From Gammaproteobacteria bacterium (lineage in GTDB: Bacteria > Pseudomonadota > Gammaproteobacteria > Eutrophobiales > Eutrophobiaceae), in NCBI GenBank assembly GCA_965238225.1, contig OZ250183.1:308680-372679 (forward strand): 64,000 bases of DNA, given 5' to 3'. Positions 43,609 to 53,545 of the stretch are shown piece by piece (positions within the stretch are counted from its first letter, which is position 1; each line of letters opens with the position of its first letter). The position numbers and the translations under genes were made by a program. The notes beneath the pieces were generated by a model, which did not search any database, was not told where the DNA came from, and saw nothing but the letters and a program-made list of their open reading frames with translations.

Positions 43609-44055
43609 ATGGAATGGATGAATAATATTATATATTGGCATTGGCTAATTTTTGCCATTGTCTTGATCATTTTGGAAATACTTATTCCTGGTGCTTATCT
43701 TATATGGATGGGTGTTGCATCAATTGTTATGGGTATCTTGATGTGTATCTTCCCGCATATGCCGATATTAGCTCAGGTTTTAATCTTTTCGATTTTATCT
43801 GTAATTATTGTGATGATGTACAGAATATATAAAAAGAAAAATCCAGCGGTCACAAGCGAACCTGCATTAAATCGTCGAGGGGAACAATACTTAGGTAGAG
43901 ATTTTACCTTAACTGAACCTATTGTAGGTGGCTTAGGTAAAATAAAAGTTGATGATTCAACCTGGAAAATTTCTGGTATGGATGTGCCCGCAGGCGCGAC
44001 CATTCGTGTTGTTTCTGTAGAGGGTGCGATATTAAAAGTAGAGGCCGTGAATTAG
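43609..44055 (+). CDS. NfeD-family membrane protein
   Basis: Three TM helices plus a C-terminal OB-like soluble domain. Classic partner downstream of an SPFH gene. Confidence 0.8.
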   Translation: MEWMNNIIYWHWLIFAIVLIILEILIPGAYLIWMGVASIVMGILMCIFPHMPILAQVLIFSILSVIIVMMYRIYKKKNPAVTSEPALNRRGEQYLGRDFTLTEPIVGGLGKIKVDDSTWKISGMDVPAGATIRVVSVEGAILKVEAVN

Positions 44056-44159
44056 AGACACACAAATGTGAACTCATGAATTGACAATAACAGTTTTTTT
44101 CAGGATTAAAGTGGTTGTCGATATAGCGGTGTGAGCGTATCTTTGTATTATTCAGTGTA

Positions 44160-44465
44160 TCATTTATCAGACAGGAATTTATTCGTCAGACTTAGGCGCG
44201 CAAAGAGTATTTTTCTCTTAAATGAAGTGAGATTTGCACCGTGCTTACTTCCCTTAGTTAAGCGTTGCCGGAGACTTGCCAGATTCAGTTTCCCATTTTT
44301 TTTGAGTAATTCCCACGCTTGTTTATAAGATGTGCAGCTTTTAAAGCTGCACCCTTTAAAGCTCCATGTTCTATGATGCTCTAGTAAGTAAAACAATGTT
44401 TTTTTCAATAAGATTTGCCGATTTTTTTCTCCGTAAAACCAACTTGGTCTAAACAAAATATGCAT
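44160..44465 (-). CDS. hypothetical basic 101-aa protein
   Basis: ORF only, and it contains a 21-nt perfect palindrome. The C-terminal part (LASLRQRLTKGSKHG) faintly recalls DUF2805/TIGR03643, which I could not verify. Confidence 0.3.
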   Translation of the reverse strand: MHILFRPSWFYGEKNRQILLKKTLFYLLEHHRTWSFKGCSFKSCTSYKQAWELLKKNGKLNLASLRQRLTKGSKHGANLTSFKRKILFARLSLTNKFLSDK

Positions 44466-44492
44466 TTAATAAGCTATTTAAAATTATTCTTA

Positions 44493-44519
44493 TACCGTAC
44501 TATGATACGGTAGTACCGT
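44493..44519. promoter_or_regulatory. operator-like inverted repeat TACCGTA-6-TACGGTA plus a third half-site
   Basis: taccgta ctatga tacggta g taccgt, located 62 nt upstream of the porin ATG. Confidence 0.3.
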
Positions 44520-44580
44520 TAGTAAATATGAAAATAAAAACATATTACAAAAATAGAAATAAAGCAGATGTAAATTAAAG

Positions 44581-45936
44581 ATGAAAAGAAAAACAATTGT
44601 ACTTAATTTATTGCTGATTCTGTCTTTATGTATCACAAGCTCTGTTCAAGCTGAAAATCAGGCATTGATGGAATTATTAAAAGCCCTTTATGAAAACGGT
44701 ACCATTGATGAGCAAACCTACGATCTAGTTAAAAATGTTGCACAATCTAATGTAGAAAAAGAAAGAAATAAAGAAAAGAAGATTGCTCAGAAAATTACTC
44801 AAAAAGACACACGCCATGACAGGAGTAAACTTGATAAACGCAAGCATGATGAGCATAAGAAAGCATCAAAAAATAATATCAAAATTGGCGGACGTGTTCA
44901 GATAGACGGTGTCACCTATAGCGAAGACGAATCACGTCAAAATGACGGTACTGAGATTCGTCGGGCTCGCCTTTTTGCACAAGCTAATTTGGGAAATGCA
45001 TGGGGTTACAAGCTGCAATATGATTTTACTGATGATGGCATTGATGGAATCCAAGATGCCTATCTGGATTTTAAAGGCCTTAAAAATTACAAAATTAGAG
45101 TAGGTCATTTTAGAGAACCGTTTAGTTTACAAAGTATGACCAGTTCCAAATATGTGCTCTTTACAGAAAGAGCTTTACCGCATGTATTTTCAGAAGGACG
45201 CAACCTTGGATTACAGTTCAGTAGCAATGATCAGAACTGGAGTGCTGCGGTTGGTTTGTATAGCGACAACCGTGATGGGGTTGCAGGTGATAATGATGAA
45301 GGTTTTGGTGTCTCGGGTCGCGTTACCTATGCACCTATTTATAAAAAATCCCAAGCATTACATTTAGGCACATCTGTTGCATATCGTTCAACTGGTTCAA
45401 TAAGTAGCTTACGCTTTCGTGAACGATCTGAATCACACATAAGCAATACGCGTTTGTTGGATACAGGTATTTTTGATGCTGATAGTTATACGAGTTTTGT
45501 TGGTGAAGCAGCTTATATCTATGGATCATTTCATATACAAGGTGAATATTACCATACAAGCGTCTATCGTGATATCACAGTAAATCCAGATTTAAATTTT
45601 AGTGGTTTTTATGTTGAAGGTGGCTGGTTTCTGACCGGGGAATCTATGAACTATAAAGCATCGAAGGGTAGCTTTAGCCATATCTCACCCAAAGGTATCG
45701 TAGGTCGGGGAGGCGTTGGCGCTTGGCAAGTAGCATTGCGTTTTAGCAGTCTTGATTTGGCTGACGAAGATATTATCGGCGGTGAGGAAGATAATTTTAC
45801 TATTGGGCTTAATTGGTACGCGACACCAAGCATTCGATTTATCGCAAATTATGTCAATGTTTTGGATGTGAAGGGCGGTGCCTTCGACGGCGATGAGCCC
45901 GCAGCATTCCAGATAAGAACGCAGCTTGAATTCTAG
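44581..45936 (+). CDS. OprO/OprP-family phosphate-selective porin
   Basis: Signal peptide, IKIGGRVQIDG, RRARLF, GHFREPFSLQ, C-terminal aromatic residue. Confidence 0.8.
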   Translation: MKRKTIVLNLLLILSLCITSSVQAENQALMELLKALYENGTIDEQTYDLVKNVAQSNVEKERNKEKKIAQKITQKDTRHDRSKLDKRKHDEHKKASKNNIKIGGRVQIDGVTYSEDESRQNDGTEIRRARLFAQANLGNAWGYKLQYDFTDDGIDGIQDAYLDFKGLKNYKIRVGHFREPFSLQSMTSSKYVLFTERALPHVFSEGRNLGLQFSSNDQNWSAAVGLYSDNRDGVAGDNDEGFGVSGRVTYAPIYKKSQALHLGTSVAYRSTGSISSLRFRERSESHISNTRLLDTGIFDADSYTSFVGEAAYIYGSFHIQGEYYHTSVYRDITVNPDLNFSGFYVEGGWFLTGESMNYKASKGSFSHISPKGIVGRGGVGAWQVALRFSSLDLADEDIIGGEEDNFTIGLNWYATPSIRFIANYVNVLDVKGGAFDGDEPAAFQIRTQLEF

Positions 45937-46026
45937 AAGATAGTATTGAGATATATGAGGGTAATATATATTGGTGCAATGATTTTTATAAAAAAATTAT
46001 TCTGTTTTTTATTTTTTTAATATGTT

Positions 46027-46161
46027 TTGCGCCGAACATTAAAAAAAATTGATCAAGGAGAATATGGTTACTGTCTTGAATGTGATAAAGAAATTCCGGA
46101 AGCAAGATTAAAATTAGCTCCGATTACGTCACCTTGTCTGGCTTGCGACAGTAGAAAGTAA
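46027..46161 (+). pseudogene. C-terminal remnant of a DksA/TraR-family C4 zinc-finger gene
   Basis: Own translation: LRRTLKKIDQGEYGYCLECDKEIPEARLKLAPITSPCLACDSRK. In-frame TAA at 46018-46020, and no coding sequence upstream. Confidence 0.6.
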
Positions 46162-46202
46162 ATTCGGTAAATCAAATAAACGAGCTAAATTCCACATGTA
46201 AT

Positions 46203-47309
46203 TTAAGTTATATATTGTATTAATGCCCACTCAATATGTTCTTTTACTAATTTAGATGTATGTGATTTCTTTTTTTCAAGTACGCGAGTAATAGTATGAA
46301 AAGTATCTTTGTCAACAGTTTTATTTTTAACTAAGTTACGCATTAAATTACCCAGAGCAATAGCGATATTTCTCAACCATGCCTCGTAACCGATACGTCT
46401 TATTGCAGAGCCTTCGGTTTTTTTCAGGAATTCTTCTTCTGTCCAGCTAAATAAATCTACCAGTGTCGATGAATCCAGATTATTTCTAACGGTGAAATCT
46501 TGTTCTGTTGTGTGAATTGAAAATTTATTCCAAGGGCAAACGATCTGACAATCATCACAACCGTAAATCCGGTTGCCTATATCTTTTCTGAATTCGTCGG
46601 GAATTGATCCGCGTAATTCAATAGTCAGGTAGGAGATACATCGTCTGGCATCAACTACATAAGGTTCGACGATGGCTTGCGTAGGACAAATATCAATACA
46701 TGCAGTACAAGAGCCACAATGATCCGTAACAAATGGTTTATCCATGGGTAAGGGCAGGTCTGTATATATTTCACCCAAGAAAAACCATGAGCCTGCCTTT
46801 GGACTAATTAAATTTGTATGCTTACCAATCCAGCCCAGCCCCGAGTTTCTGGCAATGGCTTTTTCCAGAACAGGCGCACTATCTGTAAAGGTACGGTATC
46901 CAAATTTACCCGTGACTTTTGAGATCTTTTCTGTCAGTTTTTGCAATCGTTTGCGAATGAGTTTGTGATAGTCACGGCCAGTAGCGTAGCGTGAGACATA
47001 AGCTTTCTGCGGATCATTTAATATGGTTTCTGGATCTTTGCCATTTTCAGGCATGTAATCTAGTCGCACAGATATAATTCTTATGGTTCCTGGGATTAAT
47101 TCAGCAGGGCGAGAGCGTTTGTTGCCGTGTCGCTGCATATAATCCATTTTACCGTGCATGGCTTTACTTAACCATTTGAGCAAATATTTTTCATCTTTTG
47201 CCAGATCAATATCACTAACTCCGATTTGTTGAAAACCGAGTTCAAGCCCCCAGTCTTTAATTTGTTTGGCCAGATTTATGTAGTTTATATCGTTTAAAGA
47301 TTTATACAT
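46203..47309 (-). CDS. queG: epoxyqueuosine reductase
   Basis: CGSCTACIDICP and CDDCQIVCP ferredoxin motifs, plus a HEAT-like C-terminus. Confidence 0.9.
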   Translation of the reverse strand: MYKSLNDINYINLAKQIKDWGLELGFQQIGVSDIDLAKDEKYLLKWLSKAMHGKMDYMQRHGNKRSRPAELIPGTIRIISVRLDYMPENGKDPETILNDPQKAYVSRYATGRDYHKLIRKRLQKLTEKISKVTGKFGYRTFTDSAPVLEKAIARNSGLGWIGKHTNLISPKAGSWFFLGEIYTDLPLPMDKPFVTDHCGSCTACIDICPTQAIVEPYVVDARRCISYLTIELRGSIPDEFRKDIGNRIYGCDDCQIVCPWNKFSIHTTEQDFTVRNNLDSSTLVDLFSWTEEEFLKKTEGSAIRRIGYEAWLRNIAIALGNLMRNLVKNKTVDKDTFHTITRVLEKKKSHTSKLVKEHIEWALIQYIT

Positions 47310-47403
47310 TGTAAATTCTGCATAGTCACAACCGGGATGATATTAAATATACAAGCACACAGTGTTCATGATAACATCGAAAATCAGGTAATATTTTAAA
47401 TCG

Positions 47404-48492
47404 ATGTTTGAATATCTAAATTCATGGTATCGCAGATACTTTACTGATCCGCAGGCGGCATTATTAGTCGTTGTATTGGTCGTTGGTTTTGCAATTATAT
47501 TTACCATGGGAAGAATGTTGGCACCGTTAGTCTCAGCGATAATAATTGCCTACTTACTTGAAGGTCTAACACAAAAAATTCAGAAAAAAATTACTTCAAG
47601 ATTGTTGTCCGTATATATCGTCTTCATTCTCTTCATGACCTGTCTGATTTTTTTGTTATTTGGGCTATTGCCTATTTTATCTAAGCAATTAAGTCAGTTT
47701 TTACAGGATGTTCCTGACATGATAAGTAATGGTCAAGAGCTTTTGTTAAAACTTCCGGAAAAATATACTGGTATTATTTCTGAGGCTGCTGTGCGAGATG
47801 TGATACTTGCGATCAAAGGTGGTTTCAGCGATCTTGGTCAGCATGTATTATCGATTTCTCTGGCATCCATCCCCGCCATTGTTGGCATATTGATTTATCT
47901 AGTTCTCGTACCAGTAATGATTTTTTTCTTTCTGAAGGATAAAATAATCATTATTGTTTGGCTAACACAATTTTTACCTTCTGAGCGACAGCTCATTACA
48001 GAAATCTGGCAAGAAATGGATGCTCAGATTGGTAATTATATCCGCGGCAAGTTTAACGAAATTTTCATTGTTTTTGTTGTGTCATTGATACTTTTTAAAT
48101 TCATGGATTTAAATTACGCATCATTGCTGGCATTAGTAGTGGGACTATCTGTTTTGATTCCTTATGTCGGCGCTGCTGTAGTCACATTGCCTGTAATGTT
48201 GGTTGGGTATTTTCAGTGGGGCTTGGACGGTCAGTTCATGTGGCTAATGGTAAGTTACATGATTCTGCAATTCTTGGATGGCAATGTTCTGGTGCCAGTT
48301 CTGTTTTCGGATGCTGTCAATCTTCACCCCATCGCTATTATTGTAGCGATATTGGTATTCGGTGGCTTATGGGGGTTTGTTGGTTTGTTTTTTGCAATTC
48401 CATTAGCGACTTTGGTCAAGGCCTTGATTAATGTTTGGCCAACCACTGCGGATTATTCTGAGGATGCTTCATTAGAGACTGCTGAGGTTTGA
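47404..48492 (+). CDS. AI-2E (PerM) family transporter
   Basis: 362 aa polytopic protein. IPYVGA and FFAIPLA segments are typical of the family. Confidence 0.8.
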   Translation: MFEYLNSWYRRYFTDPQAALLVVVLVVGFAIIFTMGRMLAPLVSAIIIAYLLEGLTQKIQKKITSRLLSVYIVFILFMTCLIFLLFGLLPILSKQLSQFLQDVPDMISNGQELLLKLPEKYTGIISEAAVRDVILAIKGGFSDLGQHVLSISLASIPAIVGILIYLVLVPVMIFFFLKDKIIIIVWLTQFLPSERQLITEIWQEMDAQIGNYIRGKFNEIFIVFVVSLILFKFMDLNYASLLALVVGLSVLIPYVGAAVVTLPVMLVGYFQWGLDGQFMWLMVSYMILQFLDGNVLVPVLFSDAVNLHPIAIIVAILVFGGLWGFVGLFFAIPLATLVKALINVWPTTADYSEDASLETAEV

Positions 48493-48638
48493 GTTAGACC
48501 GTAGGTTTGTTTATTAACTTGGTCTCGTTTCCTGTGTAAAGTGGGAACAGAAAATATAAATTAATTAATGGCACATTGCTTTTTTCATAAATTATCTATT
48601 GCTATTTCCTGCTTATCTATTGTCTTTTAGTTTAGGCT

Positions 48639-49106
48639 TTACATTCTTTTTATTTCTTCGAGAACCTCTTTGACATGACCTTTTACTTTTACTTTACGCC
48701 ATTCATGTATCAAGATACCTTTTTCATCTATTAGAAATGTGCTGCGTTCAATTCCCATCACTGCTTTACCATACATATTTTTTTCTTTAATTACATCAAA
48801 CTGTGCGCATAATTTCTCATCAGAATCCGAGAGTAGTTCAAATGTGAATGACTGTTTGTTTTTAAAATTTTCGTGTGATTTAATACTATCGCGTGAGATG
48901 CCAAGGATGATGGTATTTCTTGCATTGAATTTTCTTTTGTTATCGCGGAAATCTTGGCCTTCTAAGGTGCACCCTGGAGTACTGTCTTTTGGATAAAAAT
49001 ATAAAACAATGTTTTTACCCTTAAAATCAGATAATTGGATATTTTTCGATCCTGTCGCGGCTAATTTTATATCTGCAATTTTTTTGCCAATTCTTACCTT
49101 TGCCAT
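48639..49106 (-). CDS. bcp: thioredoxin-dependent thiol peroxidase
   Basis: YFYPKDSTPGCTLEG (peroxidatic Cys). Confidence 0.9.
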   Translation of the reverse strand: MAKVRIGKKIADIKLAATGSKNIQLSDFKGKNIVLYFYPKDSTPGCTLEGQDFRDNKRKFNARNTIILGISRDSIKSHENFKNKQSFTFELLSDSDEKLCAQFDVIKEKNMYGKAVMGIERSTFLIDEKGILIHEWRKVKVKGHVKEVLEEIKRM

Positions 49107-49139
49107 GATTAATGTTACGCTATCTTTATTATTTTTTTA

Positions 49140-49678
49140 CTAGATTAGTTGAATTATTTTACTGGTTCCGGTATCGCATAAAAATTCAGTCGACCACAAA
49201 AAATCATTGAAATCGTTGCGGATTGTTGAGATAGAAATATTAACAGGGATACTTAGATGGTGGCATTTAAGTGAGAACATTTGTGTGCCACTGTGTTGCC
49301 TTGTAGGTATTTGTGAGCATATCATGGATTACAATATCATTAATTTACCAAAAAATCAGTGATGTCATGGACAATGCCGATGCGATCTATAGTACGATTT
49401 CTATAGCATATAGGCAAGCATTGGGCAGGTTTTTCAGAGGAATTCGTTCTGCGGAATTGGAATTTTCCACATCTAGTTTTTTCAGAGATGGCAGCATGTA
49501 CTCTAATTTGGCCACAGCATTCCAGTTACCGCTTAACGTCATGGATAGAGAAAACTCGTTTCCCAGAGCAACGACACGGCTGTCTATTACATTACAATTA
49601 CATTCCTTGATTGCTTTTGAGAATTTTTTGATAATTTGAGGGTGCCCCCAGTGCTGTTAGCACGATGTAATTCTGCAT
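49140..49678 (-). pseudogene. gcvR: glycine cleavage system regulator GcvR (two ACT domains), frameshifted
   Basis: Own three-frame reading: MQNYIVLTALG / HPQIIKKFSKAIKECNCNVIDSRVVALGNEFSLSMTLSGNWNAVAKLEYMLPSL...YAIEIV / TIDRIGIVHDITDFLVN / NDIVIHDMLTNTYKA / GTQMFSLKCHHLSIPVNISISTIRNDFNDF. Five segments in different frames, so at least 4 frameshifts. Confidence 0.75.
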
Positions 49679-49994
49679 TTTACCCAATGATCTTTAATGG
49701 AGTTTCTGCTAATGGATTGCAGGCTCATTGTCTGTTTTTGTCTCCGCATTTACAAGTAATTTGGGTTATTATGAGAACTTTTTGGAAGTATTTTTCAAAT
49801 AAGATTCCTCAAAAAAATTACAGAAATGGAAAATTTTATAAGTTATGGAATTTATTGTTATCGCTTAATTATAGTATAATATGTCGTTGACCGTTATAAG
49901 TGCGCATTCAGATGTTCTGGATTTACAGATATACTAAAAGCGTAAGCATTGAATTTTGACGATATTTTAAGTATGGAGGTTAAAGGATTTAGAT

Positions 49995-50885
49995 ATGTTT
50001 CAAGGCAGTATGGTCGCTGTAGTTACCCCCATGCAGAAAGGAAATATACCAGATACACCACTGGACAAAGAAAGTCTGGCTGGACTGGTTGAATTCCATA
50101 TTGAGAATAAAACGGATGCGATCGTAGCTGTGGGCACTACAGGTGAATCTGCGACCTTAGATAATGAGGAGCACTGCGAGGTTATTCGCCAAGTGGTAGA
50201 ATTTGTTAATGGACGCATTCCTGTGATTGCTGGTACTGGTGCAAATTCAACAACGGAAGCAATTTACCTGACACAATGTGCAAAAGATATAGGTGCAGAT
50301 GCGTGTTTATTGGTCACGCCTTATTACAACAAGCCGACACAGGAGGGTTTATATTTACATTACAAGGCTGTAGCAGAAGCGGTAAATATTCCGCAGATTC
50401 TGTATAATGTGCCGAGTCGTACAGCCTGTGACATGTTGCCAGAAACGATTGGCAGATTGTCGAAGATGGATAATATTATCGGTGTTAAGGAAGCGACAGC
50501 TGATTTAAGTCGTATCGAGACGATTAGATCGTTTTGCCATGATAACTTCATATTGGTCAGTGGTGATGATGCAACAACAAAAGAATTTTTATTACGAGGC
50601 GGTAATGGAGTGATTTCTGTAACGGCAAATGTCGTTCCTAGTGCAATGCATGAATTATGTAAATTTGCAAAAGCAGGGGATATTGAAGCTGCAACAAAAA
50701 TTGATGATACTCTGACTGATTTACACGAACATTTATTTGTAGAATCTAGTCCAATTCCTACCAAGTGGGCATTACACAAGATGGGATTGATTAAGGCAGG
50801 CATCAGGCTTCCGCTTACCTGGATGACAAAGAGATCAGAGGATGTTCTTATACAATCCATGCGAAAAGCAAATATTGCTGCATGA
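49995..50885 (+). CDS. dapA: 4-hydroxy-tetrahydrodipicolinate synthase
   Basis: VGTTGESATL, YNVPSRT, IGVKEAT. Confidence 0.95.
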   Translation: MFQGSMVAVVTPMQKGNIPDTPLDKESLAGLVEFHIENKTDAIVAVGTTGESATLDNEEHCEVIRQVVEFVNGRIPVIAGTGANSTTEAIYLTQCAKDIGADACLLVTPYYNKPTQEGLYLHYKAVAEAVNIPQILYNVPSRTACDMLPETIGRLSKMDNIIGVKEATADLSRIETIRSFCHDNFILVSGDDATTKEFLLRGGNGVISVTANVVPSAMHELCKFAKAGDIEAATKIDDTLTDLHEHLFVESSPIPTKWALHKMGLIKAGIRLPLTWMTKRSEDVLIQSMRKANIAA

Positions 50886-51045
50886 AATTATTTAATGAAT
50901 ATATATCAAACATTATTGAAAATAAGCAAAAATCAACTCTGTTATACTAGACCAGAGATGCCAAGGATGACCCTTGTTTAATATTTTTCAATTATTTGGA
51001 TAATTTAAGAGAATTTAAACTAAAAACAATATAGAAATTTATATT

Positions 51046-52116
51046 ATGTTATCAAAAAAAATATTTTTACTACTCCTTACCTTAAACTTAGTAAGCGGCT
51101 GTGGGTCATTTCCTAGTCTAAGTGACGTGATACCAGACAACAGAACCAAATATAAAAAGAGCCAATCATTGCCTGACTTAGAGGTGCCGCCAGATTTAAC
51201 CAGTGAGGCGTTGAATGATCAATTGGTGATTCCAGATGAAGAAAATGCCAAGACGCTGTCTGAATTTCAACGGCGTAGGTTCATACGTCAGGGCGGGCAA
51301 GTCTCTGATACAGAAATTGCGATGTTGGACAATACTGGTAAAAAATATCTATTAGTACAGGGAACAACGTTTTCAATCTGGCCTAAGTTGCGCGAATTCT
51401 GGTTGGCTAAAGGTTTTGAGATGGATCTTGATGATGCTGAACTTGGTGTAATGGAAACACAATTCAAGGAAATCTCAGTCGAGGGCGCGGCAACAAACAG
51501 AGAAAAATTCAAGATAATTTCAGAAGAAAGTAGAATGCAGGGAAGCTTGATATTGTTCCTTGTAAGCGAAGCACAGGAAAAAATACCGCTTGATGATGGT
51601 AGTTCTGGCTGGATAGATAAGGCAAACAGTAAGGAACGGACTGAAGGGCTTATAAGTGAATTGGATATACATTTTTATGGCGCACCTAAAGCACGCTCTT
51701 CTGCAAGCGAAAAGCAGATAACTAGCCCTGAAAATCCTATGAGGAGGGCTAAGATATTAAACGCCGGAGAAGGCAAAGAATATTTAACTATCCCTGATGA
51801 ATTTTTTAAAGCATGGCGCAGCATTGAAGACATTCTCAACGAATTGGATATGCAGATTGAGAATAAAGATGCGGAAAAAGGTATTTATTTTGTTGTCTAT
51901 AATGTTATCTCGGACAAACAAAATAAAGGTCTATTATCGAGGCTTAAATTCTGGGAAAGTGATGAAGAAGCACAGGAATTTCACATTAGCCTGACTGGTG
52001 TTGGCGATAAGACTGAAATCATTGTTCTAGACAAAGAAGACCAATGGATAGAAAGCGAAGAAGTGAGCCGTATACTAAGCCTGATCCAGAATCAGTATAA
52101 TAGACTGTTAAGATAG
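51046..52116 (+). CDS. bamC: outer membrane protein assembly factor BamC (lipoprotein)
   Basis: Lipobox LVSGC. Conserved position after dapA. Length 356 aa. Confidence 0.75.
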   Translation: MLSKKIFLLLLTLNLVSGCGSFPSLSDVIPDNRTKYKKSQSLPDLEVPPDLTSEALNDQLVIPDEENAKTLSEFQRRRFIRQGGQVSDTEIAMLDNTGKKYLLVQGTTFSIWPKLREFWLAKGFEMDLDDAELGVMETQFKEISVEGAATNREKFKIISEESRMQGSLILFLVSEAQEKIPLDDGSSGWIDKANSKERTEGLISELDIHFYGAPKARSSASEKQITSPENPMRRAKILNAGEGKEYLTIPDEFFKAWRSIEDILNELDMQIENKDAEKGIYFVVYNVISDKQNKGLLSRLKFWESDEEAQEFHISLTGVGDKTEIIVLDKEDQWIESEEVSRILSLIQNQYNRLLR

Positions 52117-52133
52117 CAGTAAATTTTTGCCGC

Positions 52134-53531
52134 TTATTTCTTTTTAACATGACGCACAAGGCGTCTGCGTTTGTCTTTTTGTCTATTGGTCAGGATACTT
52201 TTCTTGTCTTTATACGGATTATCTCCTTGTTTAAAATCTATCAAAACAGGTGTCCCTGTAAGTTTTAATTGTTTCCTCATTTGGTTAGACAAATAGCGTT
52301 TATACGACTCAGGGGCACGATCAGTTTGATTGCCATGCACAATAATTCGTATCGGATCATGTCCGCCTATATGGGCATAACGTAATTTGATACGTCTGCC
52401 GTGAACTACAGGTGGTGAGTGAGCTTGAGTTGCCTGTTGCAGAATTGATGTTATCTTGGAGGTGGATGGTTCGATCGAGATTGATTCTGAAATCTTTTTA
52501 ATTGATACAAATAGTTTCCCAACGCCACTACCATGAAGTGCAGAAATAAAATGGATGCAGGCATAATCAATAAACCCTAGTTTTCTGTCCAGTTGCGCCT
52601 TGATTCTGTTTTTATGTGAGAATTCTAATCCGTCCCATTTATTAATAGCAATAATCAACGCTTTGCCACTATTAGCAATCAATCCGAGCAAGCTGGCATC
52701 CTGTTCCGTGATGGCTTCATGAGCATCGATCACAAGAATAACAATTTGTGTGCTGTCGATTGCTTGAAGCGATTGCACAACACTAAATTTCTCAACGGTA
52801 TCATTAATCTTTGATCGCCTGCGTATGCCTGCCGTGTCAATCAAGGTGTAAGGTATTCCGTCACGTTCAAAAGGAATGGCAATACTATTTCTGGTAGTTC
52901 CTGGGTGACTAAAAGTGATCATGCGTTCTTCGCCAAGAATCCTATTAGTTAGTGTAGATTTTCCAACATTGGGGCGACCAAGTACCGTGATGCGCAATCC
53001 GTGTTTAGTTTGTTTTTCGTCTTCTGACTTAGAAGGCAATTGTTTAATAACTTCATCCATGAGTTTTCTGACACCTGTGCCCCGTTTGGCCGAGATAGCA
53101 AAAAGCTCGTTAAAACCGAGACAGTAAAAATCAGATAAAACAATATCTATATTAAACCCCTCGGTTTTGTTAGCAACCAGAAAGATACAATTACATTTCT
53201 GACGCAAAATCTTGGCGAGGTACTCGTCTTCTGATGTCAGACCTTCACGTCCATCAACCAGCCATATCAGCGCATCTGCCTCTTCTGTTGCACGTAAAGA
53301 TTGATGGGATATAAGCCTAGAAATATTTTCTGAGTTTTTATCGTTTCTATCTAAACCGCCAGTATCAACCAGTATGAATTCACGCCCTTGATAATTGCCA
53401 AATCCATATTGCCGATCACGCGTTACTCCTGGTCGATCTACGACAAGTGCATTACGAGTGCGTGTGAGGAAGTTAAATAAGGTGGACTTACCGACGTTTG
53501 GGCGGCCAACGATGGCAATAATGGACTTCAT
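52134..53531 (-). CDS. der: ribosome biogenesis GTPase Der
   Basis: Two G domains, each with GRPNVGKST, plus a KH-like C-terminus. Confidence 0.95.
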   Translation of the reverse strand: MKSIIAIVGRPNVGKSTLFNFLTRTRNALVVDRPGVTRDRQYGFGNYQGREFILVDTGGLDRNDKNSENISRLISHQSLRATEEADALIWLVDGREGLTSEDEYLAKILRQKCNCIFLVANKTEGFNIDIVLSDFYCLGFNELFAISAKRGTGVRKLMDEVIKQLPSKSEDEKQTKHGLRITVLGRPNVGKSTLTNRILGEERMITFSHPGTTRNSIAIPFERDGIPYTLIDTAGIRRRSKINDTVEKFSVVQSLQAIDSTQIVILVIDAHEAITEQDASLLGLIANSGKALIIAINKWDGLEFSHKNRIKAQLDRKLGFIDYACIHFISALHGSGVGKLFVSIKKISESISIEPSTSKITSILQQATQAHSPPVVHGRRIKLRYAHIGGHDPIRIIVHGNQTDRAPESYKRYLSNQMRKQLKLTGTPVLIDFKQGDNPYKDKKSILTNRQKDKRRRLVRHVKKK

Positions 53532-53545
53532 ACTTGCTTTCCTGC

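Noticed and set aside
46064-46111. A 15-codon mini-ORF with a perfect AAGGAG Shine-Dalgarno inside the DksA/TraR remnant
   Set aside because: The SD-like string is simply the codons for QGE of the zinc-finger frame. The mini-ORF is out of frame and has no other support.
48895-48910. The 16-nt string GAGATGCCAAGGATGA, shared between the bcp coding region and the dapA-bamC spacer (50955-50970)
   Set aside because: A single 16-mer coincidence is expected by chance at roughly this window size. One copy is inside a conserved coding frame, and there is no flanking similarity.
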